The notes under the pieces were generated by a model. That model was not told where the DNA came from and did no database searches. It saw only the letters and a list, made by a program, of their open reading frames with translations. Made by a program: the position numbers and the translations under genes. A DNA stretch of 54,460 nt from Firmicutes bacterium CAG:475 (GTDB lineage Bacteria > Bacillota > Clostridia > Christensenellales > CAG-917), in NCBI GenBank assembly GCA_000434435.1, contig FR895563.1:1-54460 (forward strand). The letters run 5' to 3'. This document shows positions 1 through 8,349 of this stretch, one piece after another (within the stretch, counting starts at the first letter, position 1; each line of letters starts with the position of its first letter).

Positions 1-221
1 AACAATATCACGCACGAATTCGTGCATATCACTTTCAATGCCGTTGCGGCTTGCACTTCGAATAAGCACATTACGTGTATAAGAACGCCCTGAATGAGTG
101 TTCGTTTATCCGCTTGCGTGCAAAGCACGCAAAACAGCAAGCAGATAATTTGTCGGAACTGCGGCGGGAGTTTTTGTCCGTGTATGAACTGATAGCACAA
201 ATTCTCTGCGCGGTAGGAATG

Positions 222-291
222 TAAAAAACAAGGCAAACAAAAGGAAGACGCACAAAATTGCGCGTCTTCCGTCAAATTGCCTTGTTTTTTA
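222..291. terminator. Nested bidirectional hairpin terminator between convergent genes
   Basis: A perfect 15-bp outer inverted repeat, TAAAAAACAAGGCAA (222-236) / TTGCCTTGTTTTTTA (277-291), encloses a perfect 9-bp inner stem, GGAAGACGC (243-251) / GCGTCTTCC (262-270). There is an A-run on one flank and a T-run on the other. It overlaps the stop codon of the minus-strand gene at 289-291. Confidence 0.7.
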
Positions 292-1374
292 CATGTGTGT
301 CGTCTTATCTTCTCCGATGCCGATCATGCCGTCGACGACGTACTTTTTGCCGTTGGTGTCGGTGACGTAGCCGCTGATCTTGCCGTAGGGAAGCGCATAG
401 TAGCAAAGCAAGGGAATGGGCATATAGAACACTTGATCGATCTCGAACTTTATGTCCACGATGCCTTTGCCCGCTTCGTCCTTGATATACCACGTTTTTG
501 CTTTTTTCTTGCCTTTCTCGTGAGTGAATACGACGGGCGGCATGGGGAAGGACTCGTTGTCAACCCAAATGACGTTTTCGTTGTATTGGTGTTGGTCGAC
601 GGATTGATTGCGAGTGAGGTTAAACGCAAAATATTTTTTCACGCCGTCATCGTCGATTTGTCCCATTGTGGTGAGCCAATCGTAGTGTGCGTTGAAAGGA
701 TAATAGCCTTTGTGGTCGTCGATGATACCAACGGAGCGTTCGTTTGTGGTGTACACTTTGCCGTTGAGGGTTATCGTGCCGCTTGCCTTGAAGAAATCCT
801 TTTCGCTGTACAAAGCGTTTCTGAACGAGCCGTCCTTGTTTCTTGCAAGGGGCATAACCCCGTTGGCAAGAGGGGAAATACGTTCAAAGCGAATATCGAT
901 TGTAAATTCGCCGTTTTTGCCTTTCGTAAAACCTTTTGCGCGCGCTTTGCCGTTGAGGAAATCGTTTTCGATTTTATACTCGCTGGTTTTCGTCTTGCAA
1001 TAGCAACAGTCGTCCACGAGTTGAGATGCCACGTGCGCCTTTTTCTTGGGGACGAGATTTCGCCAGCTGTAAATTTTGTTTTCCTTTTTGTCGTACCAAA
1101 CGAAGATGGAGAAGCCCATCGGACCGGTGCTGTACACCGCACTGATGAGCGCGCCTTCGTCCATATGAACTTCAAACGCCTCCCATTCGACAAGTCTTGA
1201 CGGCTTCATAAAATCGGGCATTTTGTTTCCACACGGTTTCACTGCGTCAAGAAGATTGAGATTTTTGAAAGGCGCGTCGAAAGTGCCGAAATGCACTTTG
1301 CCGTTTTCCACGATAGAATCGGGGGTGGGGGCAGGCATACGCGTCGAACTGATGTAGTCGGGTAAATTGCTCAT
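289..1374 (-). CDS. DUF2804-like hypothetical protein (361 aa)
   Basis: The long ORF has GGGAG about 8 nt upstream of the ATG on the reverse strand and ends in the bidirectional terminator. The translation (…EWEAFEVHMDEGALISAVYSTGPMGFSIFVWYD…) resembles DUF2804-family proteins from memory. Coding status is solid; the family call is not verified. Confidence 0.6.
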   Translation of the reverse strand: MSNLPDYISSTRMPAPTPDSIVENGKVHFGTFDAPFKNLNLLDAVKPCGNKMPDFMKPSRLVEWEAFEVHMDEGALISAVYSTGPMGFSIFVWYDKKENKIYSWRNLVPKKKAHVASQLVDDCCYCKTKTSEYKIENDFLNGKARAKGFTKGKNGEFTIDIRFERISPLANGVMPLARNKDGSFRNALYSEKDFFKASGTITLNGKVYTTNERSVGIIDDHKGYYPFNAHYDWLTTMGQIDDDGVKKYFAFNLTRNQSVDQHQYNENVIWVDNESFPMPPVVFTHEKGKKKAKTWYIKDEAGKGIVDIKFEIDQVFYMPIPLLCYYALPYGKISGYVTDTNGKKYVVDGMIGIGEDKTTHM

Positions 1375-1652
1375 TTTTTTTCTCCCTTAGTATAGTATTC
1401 AAATTGTAACACAATAGTTTTTGGCTTGCAAGATGCCTGCACGATTTTTTTGCACAATCGTACGATATTTTTTTATAAAATGCTACTATTTAGACAAAAC
1501 GTATCATATTTCATCACGTTGTTGTCAACAAAAATCGGCAGCAGGGCTGTTTCGGGCTTTTGAAAGTGCGGCGAAATTGCGTTGAAAACGTCGAAGTTAT
1601 GATTTTTGAAGAATTGGCAACAATAATCAAATCAAAAAAAGGAGATATTATT

Positions 1653-2909
1653 ATGTCATTCAACCCGTTCGAGCAAAAACCCGAAAATATCGAAAAACTG
1701 TTTTGCGACTGGAAAACGATGTATCCGCAAAGCTATTCCAAAAACGACGTAAGTCCGTTCACCAAACTTCGTTGCATACTGACAAACGGAGCGGAGTACG
1801 AAGCGGTGTGGTTTTCGCATCAATTTTTTCGCCATTGCACAAACAACGATTTGAGAAGAGAACTTGCGCTGATCAGAAAAAGCGAGCAAGCGCAACAAAA
1901 AATCGGCGCGTGTTTAAAGCCTAAGGACGAAACCGTGCTGGAAACCACCATAGGATACGAGCAACTTGCCGTCGAGCTCACCGCAATGCTTGCCATGCGC
2001 GAGCCGGATAAAAGAGTGAAAGCCGCTCTCGATTTCGCGCTTTTGGAGGATTTCGACCACCTTTACAGATATGCCGATTTGCTGGATATGGAGCACGGCG
2101 TGCATGCGGAAAACCTTGTCGGAGAACTCACCGAAATCATGCCTGCGCGCCCCACGATAACTCATCATCGCTATCCGAAAGACGAGGTGAAAAAGCCCGT
2201 CGATTTCAAAAAGGCAAGCCCGGTGACGAAGCTCGACGTTGCAATTATCACGGCGGCGGAGCAACAAACGATGAACTACTATATGAACCAGTGCGGATTT
2301 TACGAAACCGACCTCGGCAGACGGTTGTATCAGGAAATCGCAATGGTTGAGGAACAGCACGTGTCGCAATACGGCTCGCTTATGGACGTAAAACAAAGTT
2401 GGCTTGAAGGGTGGCTATGCCACGAGTACACCGAGTGCTACGTCTATTATTCTTGTTTTAAGGACGAAACCGACAAGCACGTCAAAAAGATTTGGGAGAT
2501 GTGCCTATTGCAAGAAATCACGCACTTGCACAAGGCTTGCGAGTGTCTTGAAAAGTACGGGAAAAAGAATTGGCAAGAGGTTATCCCCGACGGCAATTTC
2601 CCCGAACTTCTTGCGTTTAAATCCACAAAGAATTACGTGCGCGACGTCATTGCGAATACGGTGTGCAACACGGCGCACAGAGAGGGCTACGTTTCAATCA
2701 ACGACCTTGACGACAATGCGGAGTTTTTCACCTATCAAAAGATTGTCAACGCAAACGAAAAGATGACGCCGAGCCACAGCGTCATCGACGCGCATATCGA
2801 CAAGGAGGGTAAGGACTATCGCTATGAAAACTCTCCATCGCCCGTTGAAAGTTTGAGATCGAGAACAAAAGACAACACCACGCTCGGAAGAGTGAAGAAT
2901 TGCAAATAA
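1653..2909 (+). CDS. Ferritin-like / di-iron four-helix-bundle protein (418 aa), function unknown
   Basis: The start is moved from the track start (1560) to the ATG at 1653, which follows AAAGGAG (1639-1645). The translation has repeated E...ExxH-type motifs (EDFDH, AAEQQ...EEQH, HEYTE...QEITH) typical of the rubrerythrin/ferritin-like fold. Confidence 0.55.
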   Translation: MSFNPFEQKPENIEKLFCDWKTMYPQSYSKNDVSPFTKLRCILTNGAEYEAVWFSHQFFRHCTNNDLRRELALIRKSEQAQQKIGACLKPKDETVLETTIGYEQLAVELTAMLAMREPDKRVKAALDFALLEDFDHLYRYADLLDMEHGVHAENLVGELTEIMPARPTITHHRYPKDEVKKPVDFKKASPVTKLDVAIITAAEQQTMNYYMNQCGFYETDLGRRLYQEIAMVEEQHVSQYGSLMDVKQSWLEGWLCHEYTECYVYYSCFKDETDKHVKKIWEMCLLQEITHLHKACECLEKYGKKNWQEVIPDGNFPELLAFKSTKNYVRDVIANTVCNTAHREGYVSINDLDDNAEFFTYQKIVNANEKMTPSHSVIDAHIDKEGKDYRYENSPSPVESLRSRTKDNTTLGRVKNCK

Positions 2910-3069
2910 ATCCAAAACGAACAGTTTATATTGCAAAAATACTACAATAAAATATCGATTATGCAAAATATCCAAATCGCTCGCCTGTTGCGGGCGATTG
3001 TATTTTGTGCGGCACAAATTGTGTTGAAAATTGCAAAAAGGTTTGTTATAATAAAAACAAGGAGTGTAT

Positions 3070-3753
3070 ATGAGATACGACGAAAACTATTTTCAAAACG
3101 GCAAAAATCAAGACGAGCCGAAAACCATTCAAAGCGCGCTTTTGGACGGAGAACAGGTCCTTTGGAGCGGCAAACCGCAAAAGAAAGCGTTTGTGCTCAA
3201 CAATGTGTTGAAGATGCTTCCCGTCGCGCTTTTGTGGATTGTGTTCGACACGTTTTTTATCGTTATGCTTACAAGAACCGCAGATATGATCCCGGTGCCG
3301 GCAATCGTATTTTTGTGCGTGTTTTTCTTGTTCCACCTCATGCCCGTGTGGATATGGATTTATAGATGCGTCACCGCAAGCAAACGCCACAAAAACATCG
3401 AATACGCTTTTACCGACAAGCGCATAATCGTGCGCAAAGGCGCGGTTGCCGTTGACTTCAAAAGCATAGATTATAAAGACGTCGTTGCCGTCAATTTGCG
3501 CTACGGCCTTATCGACAAGGCGGCGAAAGTCGGAGATATTTACATCACCTCAACCGGCAAGGCAACCGTCCTCGAAGATCTTGAAAATCCCGCTTCCGTC
3601 GAGCAACTGCTTCAACAAATCGTATCCGACAAAAAGCCGGACGTCGCTTTCACCGACAATGCAAAAGTCACTTACGTCAAGTGTAAGTATTGCGGCAAAA
3701 AGAACGTGTCGAGTGCGAGTACCTGTTCTTCTTGCGGCGCCCCTCTCGATTAA
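3070..3753 (+). CDS. Bacterial PH-domain (YdbS/YdbT-like, DUF304) membrane protein with C-terminal zinc-ribbon
   Basis: The ATG at 3070 lies 5 nt after GGAG (3061-3064). The N-terminal LLDGEQVLWSGKPQKK motif is followed by two hydrophobic helices and a PH-like core. The C-terminus, CKYCGKKN...CSSCGAPLD, is a CxxC...CxxC zinc ribbon. Confidence 0.65.
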   Translation: MRYDENYFQNGKNQDEPKTIQSALLDGEQVLWSGKPQKKAFVLNNVLKMLPVALLWIVFDTFFIVMLTRTADMIPVPAIVFLCVFFLFHLMPVWIWIYRCVTASKRHKNIEYAFTDKRIIVRKGAVAVDFKSIDYKDVVAVNLRYGLIDKAAKVGDIYITSTGKATVLEDLENPASVEQLLQQIVSDKKPDVAFTDNAKVTYVKCKYCGKKNVSSASTCSSCGAPLD

Positions 3754-3874
3754 AGCGCACCAAATAGCGAATAACTGCGTCAACACCCGTCCGCTCCAAA
3801 ATCACGTACTATGTGTACGTTGGGTTTTGTTTCGGACGGGTGTTTCCTTGTTCTTCATCTATTTGGTGCGCTTT
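3752..3874. repeat. 123-nt nested palindromic element directly after the stop codon (possible long-stem terminator or REP/MITE-like element)
   Basis: The outer inverted repeat is a perfect 16 bp: AAAGCGCACCAAATAG (3752-3767) / CTATTTGGTGCGCTTT (3859-3874). The middle stem is a perfect 12 bp: AACACCCGTCCG (3782-3793) / CGGACGGGTGTT (3833-3844). The apical stem is 6 bp: ACGTAC (3804-3809) / GTACGT (3815-3820). A T-rich tail follows the middle stem. Confidence 0.6.
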
Positions 3875-4067
3875 ACAAGCGCATTATTGAGCGAATAACT
3901 GCGGCAGAGTTGCTCTCCCGCCAATTCATTTACGTCTGGCAACTTAGGATTATCGGTCATGCAACTCGTTATTGTTCTTATCTCAATGATACATTTTAAT
4001 AAAAGTCGGAGTAATAACCGTATCGATATCCGTCAGCTCCGAATCGTAAACGCAATCCGAAGTTCAG

Positions 4068-4115
4068 CCGTTTTGTTTAGTTCGCAACATAAAAACAAAA
4101 CGGCGGTTTTATTGT
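4068..4115 (+). terminator. Intrinsic terminator with no obvious upstream gene
   Basis: The stem CCGTTTTGTTT (4068-4078) / AAACAAAACGG (4093-4103) is followed by GGTTTTATTGTTT. Confidence 0.55.
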
Positions 4116-4213
4116 TTGAACGAAAAAGAATTGTTGCGAAAGTGCGGTTTTGGGTATGGACATTTTGTATTTTATTTTATAAAATAGTTTTATAAAGGCA
4201 TAAGAGGTTTGAA

Positions 4214-6751
4214 ATGAGTTTGATTTCCAAAATAGTCAATTTGTTTTCGCCCACGGCGCAAAAGACGGGCGAGGACAACGGAAATAAAACGGGCGTAACT
4301 TCGCGGCGTATGCGCGAGGCGTGTTGCGCTATGGCGGAAGAGGGCGTCGTTTTGCTGAAAAACGACGGTGTTTTGCCCATAAAAGCCGACGACGAAATTG
4401 CGGTTTTCGGACGTACGCAAATCAACTGGTTTTGCGTGGGATACGGCTCGGGCGGCGACGTGAAAGCCCCCTACAAAACGTCTTTTGCAACCGCTTTGAA
4501 AAATCAAAACGAGATAAAAATCAACGGGGACGTAATGTCGGTTTACGAGGATTGGTGCGCAAAGCACGTTCCCGACGAAGGTTTTTGGGGGCACTGGCCG
4601 TATAGTTTCAAGGAGATGCCCGTCACGCTCGATTTTGTCAGAAAGGCAAGAGAAAGCTCGAACGTGGCGTTTGTCGTCATAGGTCGCTCGGCAGGCGAGG
4701 ATAGAGAGCAGAAACTCAAAGACGGAAGTTTTTATCTCACAAAAGACGAGTTGCAACTCATTGACAAAGTCACCGCCGTATTTGAAAAGACGGTGCTTGT
4801 TCTCGACGTCGGCAACGTAATAGACTTTGAAGAAATCGATGAATTTGGCGACAGAATCAGCGCAATCGTGCTTGCATGGCAAGGCGGTATGGAAAGCGGA
4901 CGCGCCCTTTGCAACGTGCTGTCGGGCAAGGTCAATCCGTCGGGCAGACTCACCGACACGATAGCGGTCGATTACGACTTGTACCCGTCGCAAGAGTTTG
5001 GCTTCAAGGACTACAACGTATATCGGGAAGACGTGTTTGTCGGTTATCGCTATTTCGAAACCTTTGCAAAGGAAGAAGTGCTGTATCCGTTCGGCTTCGG
5101 ACTGTCTTACACTTCGTTTGACGTGTCCGCAAGCGTCGAAAAAAAAGAGAACGGTGTGAAAGTTCGAGTAAAAGTCAAAAATATAGGCGAGCGCACGGGC
5201 AAAACCGTTGCGCAGGTGTACGTCAAAAAAGCGGACGGAATGTTGCCGAAGCCTGCAAGAGAACTCGTTGCGTATTTCAAGACCGACGAGCTTGAAAGCG
5301 GTGAAGAGCAGCAGCGCGTTTTCGATATAAGCGAATACGAGCTTTCGAGTTACGACGAGGAAGGCGCGACGGGCTACAAGGCGTGTTGGGTGCTCGAATA
5401 CGGCGATTACGAGTTTTTCGTAGGCGAAAACGTGAGGGACTCAACGAGCGTGGGTAGCGTGCGTTTCGACAAGAAAATCACGAGCGAGTGCCACACGGCT
5501 TGTTCGCCGCAAAAGGATTTGTCCGTTCTGTCGAGATACGATTCGGCAAACTCGCTTTGCGCGGATTTGTCGCAATTTTCGGGTAAAGAAACATTTGCCG
5601 AGTTCAAACAAAAGATGGACGGACTCACCGACGACGAAGTCGAGCGATTTATGCACAATCTTGAATACACGCTTGAAAATTACGGTTGGAAAAACTGTGT
5701 CGTCAAGGCTCAAAGCGGCTATCTCAAAGAACGCATAGAACAGAATATGCCGACCGAGATTGCGCAAAACAAGGACTTAAAAGTGTCGTTTTGCGATGTT
5801 AAAGACGGTGTTGCGACGATAGATGAATTTATATCCATGCTTTCGGACGAGGAACTGGAAACGCTTTGTCACGGCGATTTGCGCATGAACAGTCCTCTGG
5901 GCGCAAAGGGCAACGCAGGCGCGTTCGGGGGAATAAGCGAGAGCTTGCGAGCAAAGGGCGTGCCGAGCGCAATCACCACAGACGGTCCCAGCGGAATAAG
6001 GCTTTGCCAAAAGGCAAGTCTGCTGCCGTGCGGCACGTGTATAGCGTCGTCCTGGAACGAAAAACTTGCCGAAGAGCTCTACTCATGCGTAAGCTCGGAG
6101 ATGGTGGAAAAAGGTTCGGACGTACTTCTCGCGCCGGGAATGAACATACACAGGAATCCGCTTTGCGGTCGCAATTTCGAATACTATTCGGAAGATCCGT
6201 ATCTGACGGGCAAGACGGCAAGCGCGGTCGTGAGGGGCATACAAAAAGAGGGCGTGGCAAGTTGCGTAAAGCACTTTGCTTGCAACAATCAGGAAAGATA
6301 TCGCTATATAAACGACAGCAGATTGAGCGAAAGAGCGTTGAGAGAAATATATCTCAAAGGCTTTGAAATCGCCGTCAAAGAAGGGAATCCGCTTGCGGTT
6401 ATGACGTCGTACAACAAGATAAACGGCGTGTACGCATATCACAACTACGACCTCGTCACCACGATTTTGCGCAGAGAGTGGGGATATGAAAACGTTGTGA
6501 TGACGGATTGGTGGACGAAAAAGGCGAAAAATCCGCTTTTCAAGGGCGTCGACGACAATGCGTACAGAGTGCGTGCCGGCGTTGACGTGCTTATGCCGGG
6601 CGGCTCCAGAGTGCGTGGCAAGTATGACGGCTCAACCCTCAAATCTCTGAACAACGGAGGGCTAAAACGCTCCGAACTGCAACGCACCGCAAGACACGTG
6701 TTGAGTTTCTTGCTGAAAGTTCAAAGCGTGCGCGACAAGATTGAAAAATAA
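4214..6751 (+). CDS. Glycoside hydrolase family 3 beta-glucosidase, domain-permuted (845 aa)
   Basis: AGAGG precedes the ATG. The N-terminal part carries the GH3 alpha/beta-sandwich signature (VVLLKNDGVLPI). Next comes an Fn3-like segment (GFGLSYTSF...NIGERTGKTVAQVYV). The TIM-barrel catalytic domain sits at the C-terminus (GIRL..., KHFACNNQE, VMTSYNKING, nucleophile motif VVMTDWW). Confidence 0.9.
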   Translation: MSLISKIVNLFSPTAQKTGEDNGNKTGVTSRRMREACCAMAEEGVVLLKNDGVLPIKADDEIAVFGRTQINWFCVGYGSGGDVKAPYKTSFATALKNQNEIKINGDVMSVYEDWCAKHVPDEGFWGHWPYSFKEMPVTLDFVRKARESSNVAFVVIGRSAGEDREQKLKDGSFYLTKDELQLIDKVTAVFEKTVLVLDVGNVIDFEEIDEFGDRISAIVLAWQGGMESGRALCNVLSGKVNPSGRLTDTIAVDYDLYPSQEFGFKDYNVYREDVFVGYRYFETFAKEEVLYPFGFGLSYTSFDVSASVEKKENGVKVRVKVKNIGERTGKTVAQVYVKKADGMLPKPARELVAYFKTDELESGEEQQRVFDISEYELSSYDEEGATGYKACWVLEYGDYEFFVGENVRDSTSVGSVRFDKKITSECHTACSPQKDLSVLSRYDSANSLCADLSQFSGKETFAEFKQKMDGLTDDEVERFMHNLEYTLENYGWKNCVVKAQSGYLKERIEQNMPTEIAQNKDLKVSFCDVKDGVATIDEFISMLSDEELETLCHGDLRMNSPLGAKGNAGAFGGISESLRAKGVPSAITTDGPSGIRLCQKASLLPCGTCIASSWNEKLAEELYSCVSSEMVEKGSDVLLAPGMNIHRNPLCGRNFEYYSEDPYLTGKTASAVVRGIQKEGVASCVKHFACNNQERYRYINDSRLSERALREIYLKGFEIAVKEGNPLAVMTSYNKINGVYAYHNYDLVTTILRREWGYENVVMTDWWTKKAKNPLFKGVDDNAYRVRAGVDVLMPGGSRVRGKYDGSTLKSLNNGGLKRSELQRTARHVLSFLLKVQSVRDKIEK

Positions 6752-6787
6752 AGGTTTTGAGCGGATATCCGCTCGAATAGGAAGATT

Positions 6788-8143
6788 ATGAGAAATCTCA
6801 AAAAGATTTTGACAGTACTTTTGACGCTTGTCGTTTTGATGACGGCATGCGCGATTTTGGTTGCTTGCAACGACGATGCCGACAGAACAGAAGTCGTGAC
6901 GTTCGTCAAGGCAAGCGCAAGCGAGGACGGATATGCCACGGTGTATGCCCCCGACGACAGAGATATAAAAATCATGGTGCTGTCCGATCCGCAAGTGGAC
7001 GTGTACGAAAAGTACAAGGTTGTGGGAAGCCCCGGCAACGACAAGACGTATTCGTTCGTCAAAGATTTTGTGACGGCGACCGATCCCGATCTGGTGATAA
7101 TCAACGGCGACCTCGTGATGAACGATATGCCCTTGAAATCCTCAACGTCGTACTTTGACAGATACGCCGAGATTTTCGAGGAGCTGAAAACGCCGTGGAC
7201 GTTTGCTTTCGGTAATCACGATTGCGATTTGAAATGGACTGTCGATTCTGCCGATGTCGACACTGCGAACAGACAGAGTTCAAAAGCAAAACTTATTGCG
7301 TATCTTGACGAAAAATATCCGCATTGTCTGATGAATTCAGACACGACATGTAAAGACGGCGACGGAAATCATTTTGTAAACGTTCGCACGCGCGCAGGCG
7401 AACTTATTTATACGCTTTGCGTTTTCGATTGCACCTTCAACGAACAAAAGGTGTACAACTATACTCCGACCGCAAACCAAGTCGAATGGTATTGCAACAC
7501 CATAAATGCGATTTCCGACAAAACGCTCGGTGCGAACAGGGGCGAAAAAGTCGTAAAAAGCATGATTTTCAATCACGTCGGCATACCTGAATTTAAAGAC
7601 GCGTGGACGAAAGCGTGGAATGACGGCAATCCCACCGAAGATTATTTTTACGGGCATTATTTCGAGGGTAACTACTCCAAAAAATACGGGGATTTGCCCG
7701 AAGAGGACAGGATTTTTCCTGCCGTAAAGGCACTCGGCAGCACCACGGCGATATTTATGTGCCATCATCACGACAACGATTTTTCCGTCAACTACGAGGG
7801 CGTGCGCCTGACTTTCGGACAACACTCGGGCTATTCGCACAACTACCGCACGACGCACGACGAGCACGGCAACGGCCCGACGGATTACGCAAACTGGGCA
7901 GGCGTGAGCTTTGAAAGAGTGGACGATTACGGCGACCAAAGAGGAGGCACTTGCGTTACGATTTCGAAAGAGGGCGAATTTACGATTACGCCGACTTATG
8001 CAAAAGACGTTCTCGCGAATTACGCAACAGAATATTATATCGACTACGACCAAGTTGCCGCGGCTCTTGAAGCCAACCCCAAATTCGAGAGCGGAAAAGG
8101 TCATATCGCACGCGGAACGGACAGAAAATGGAAGTTGAATTAA
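6788..8143 (+). CDS. Lipoprotein metallophosphoesterase (calcineurin-like), 451 aa
   Basis: The signal peptide has the lipobox LVAC-N. Metallophosphoesterase motifs are present: INGDLVMND, GNHD and CHHHDND. Confidence 0.8.
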   Translation: MRNLKKILTVLLTLVVLMTACAILVACNDDADRTEVVTFVKASASEDGYATVYAPDDRDIKIMVLSDPQVDVYEKYKVVGSPGNDKTYSFVKDFVTATDPDLVIINGDLVMNDMPLKSSTSYFDRYAEIFEELKTPWTFAFGNHDCDLKWTVDSADVDTANRQSSKAKLIAYLDEKYPHCLMNSDTTCKDGDGNHFVNVRTRAGELIYTLCVFDCTFNEQKVYNYTPTANQVEWYCNTINAISDKTLGANRGEKVVKSMIFNHVGIPEFKDAWTKAWNDGNPTEDYFYGHYFEGNYSKKYGDLPEEDRIFPAVKALGSTTAIFMCHHHDNDFSVNYEGVRLTFGQHSGYSHNYRTTHDEHGNGPTDYANWAGVSFERVDDYGDQRGGTCVTISKEGEFTITPTYAKDVLANYATEYYIDYDQVAAALEANPKFESGKGHIARGTDRKWKLN

Positions 8144-8236
8144 GCGGTTTTTCTTGCCCGAAACAATAAACGATACACAAACGGCGAATTGTCGATTTTA
8201 TTGATAAAAAAATATTGATATACAACGAAAATATGC

Positions 8237-8265
8237 TTGACAGTATGTGCTTGTTTGGATACAAT
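8237..8265 (+). promoter_or_regulatory. Sigma-A-type promoter for adhE
   Basis: TTGACA (8237-8242), a 17-nt spacer, then TACAAT (8260-8265). It lies about 85 nt upstream of the adhE ATG. Confidence 0.55.
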
Positions 8266-8269
8266 TATA

Positions 8270-8287
8270 TCGATAAATAGTTATCGA
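8270..8287. promoter_or_regulatory. Perfect 7-N4-7 palindrome (operator-like) just downstream of the adhE -10 box
   Basis: TCGATAA (8270-8276), ATAG, TTATCGA (8281-8287). Confidence 0.45.
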
Positions 8288-8349
8288 AATAGTTTTACAT
8301 ACGAAAGATAACTTAAAAAATTTGTAAAATCGCTATAGGAGAAGCAAGC

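Noticed and set aside
1-224. Short ORFs lie at the left edge: frame 1 is open from the window start to a TGA at 91-93, a 50-codon GTG-start ORF runs 73-224 and ends at the terminator, and a minus-strand ORF runs 71-253.
   Set aside because: These are too short and have no recognisable motifs. The frame-1 and frame-3 pieces could be the frameshifted 3' end of a gene that starts outside the window, but this cannot be decided from 224 nt.
1560-1652. The ORF track offers N-terminal extensions for 1560, 3064, 11697, 15174, 17012, 20246, 25447, 32549, 46595 and 47878.
   Set aside because: In each case an internal ATG has a properly spaced GGAG/AGGAG-type SD or an ATGA/TAATG coupling overlap. The conserved N-terminus of the family begins at that ATG. 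The extensions overlap the upstream gene or read through intergenic hairpins.
3811-4195. Track ORFs 3811-3999 (62 aa) and 3959-4195 (78 aa) lie in the spacer before the GH3 gene.
   Set aside because: They have no SD and their composition is unlike the neighbouring genes. Both run through strong hairpins: the palindromic element's 3' arm and the terminator at 4068-4115. They are treated as non-coding.
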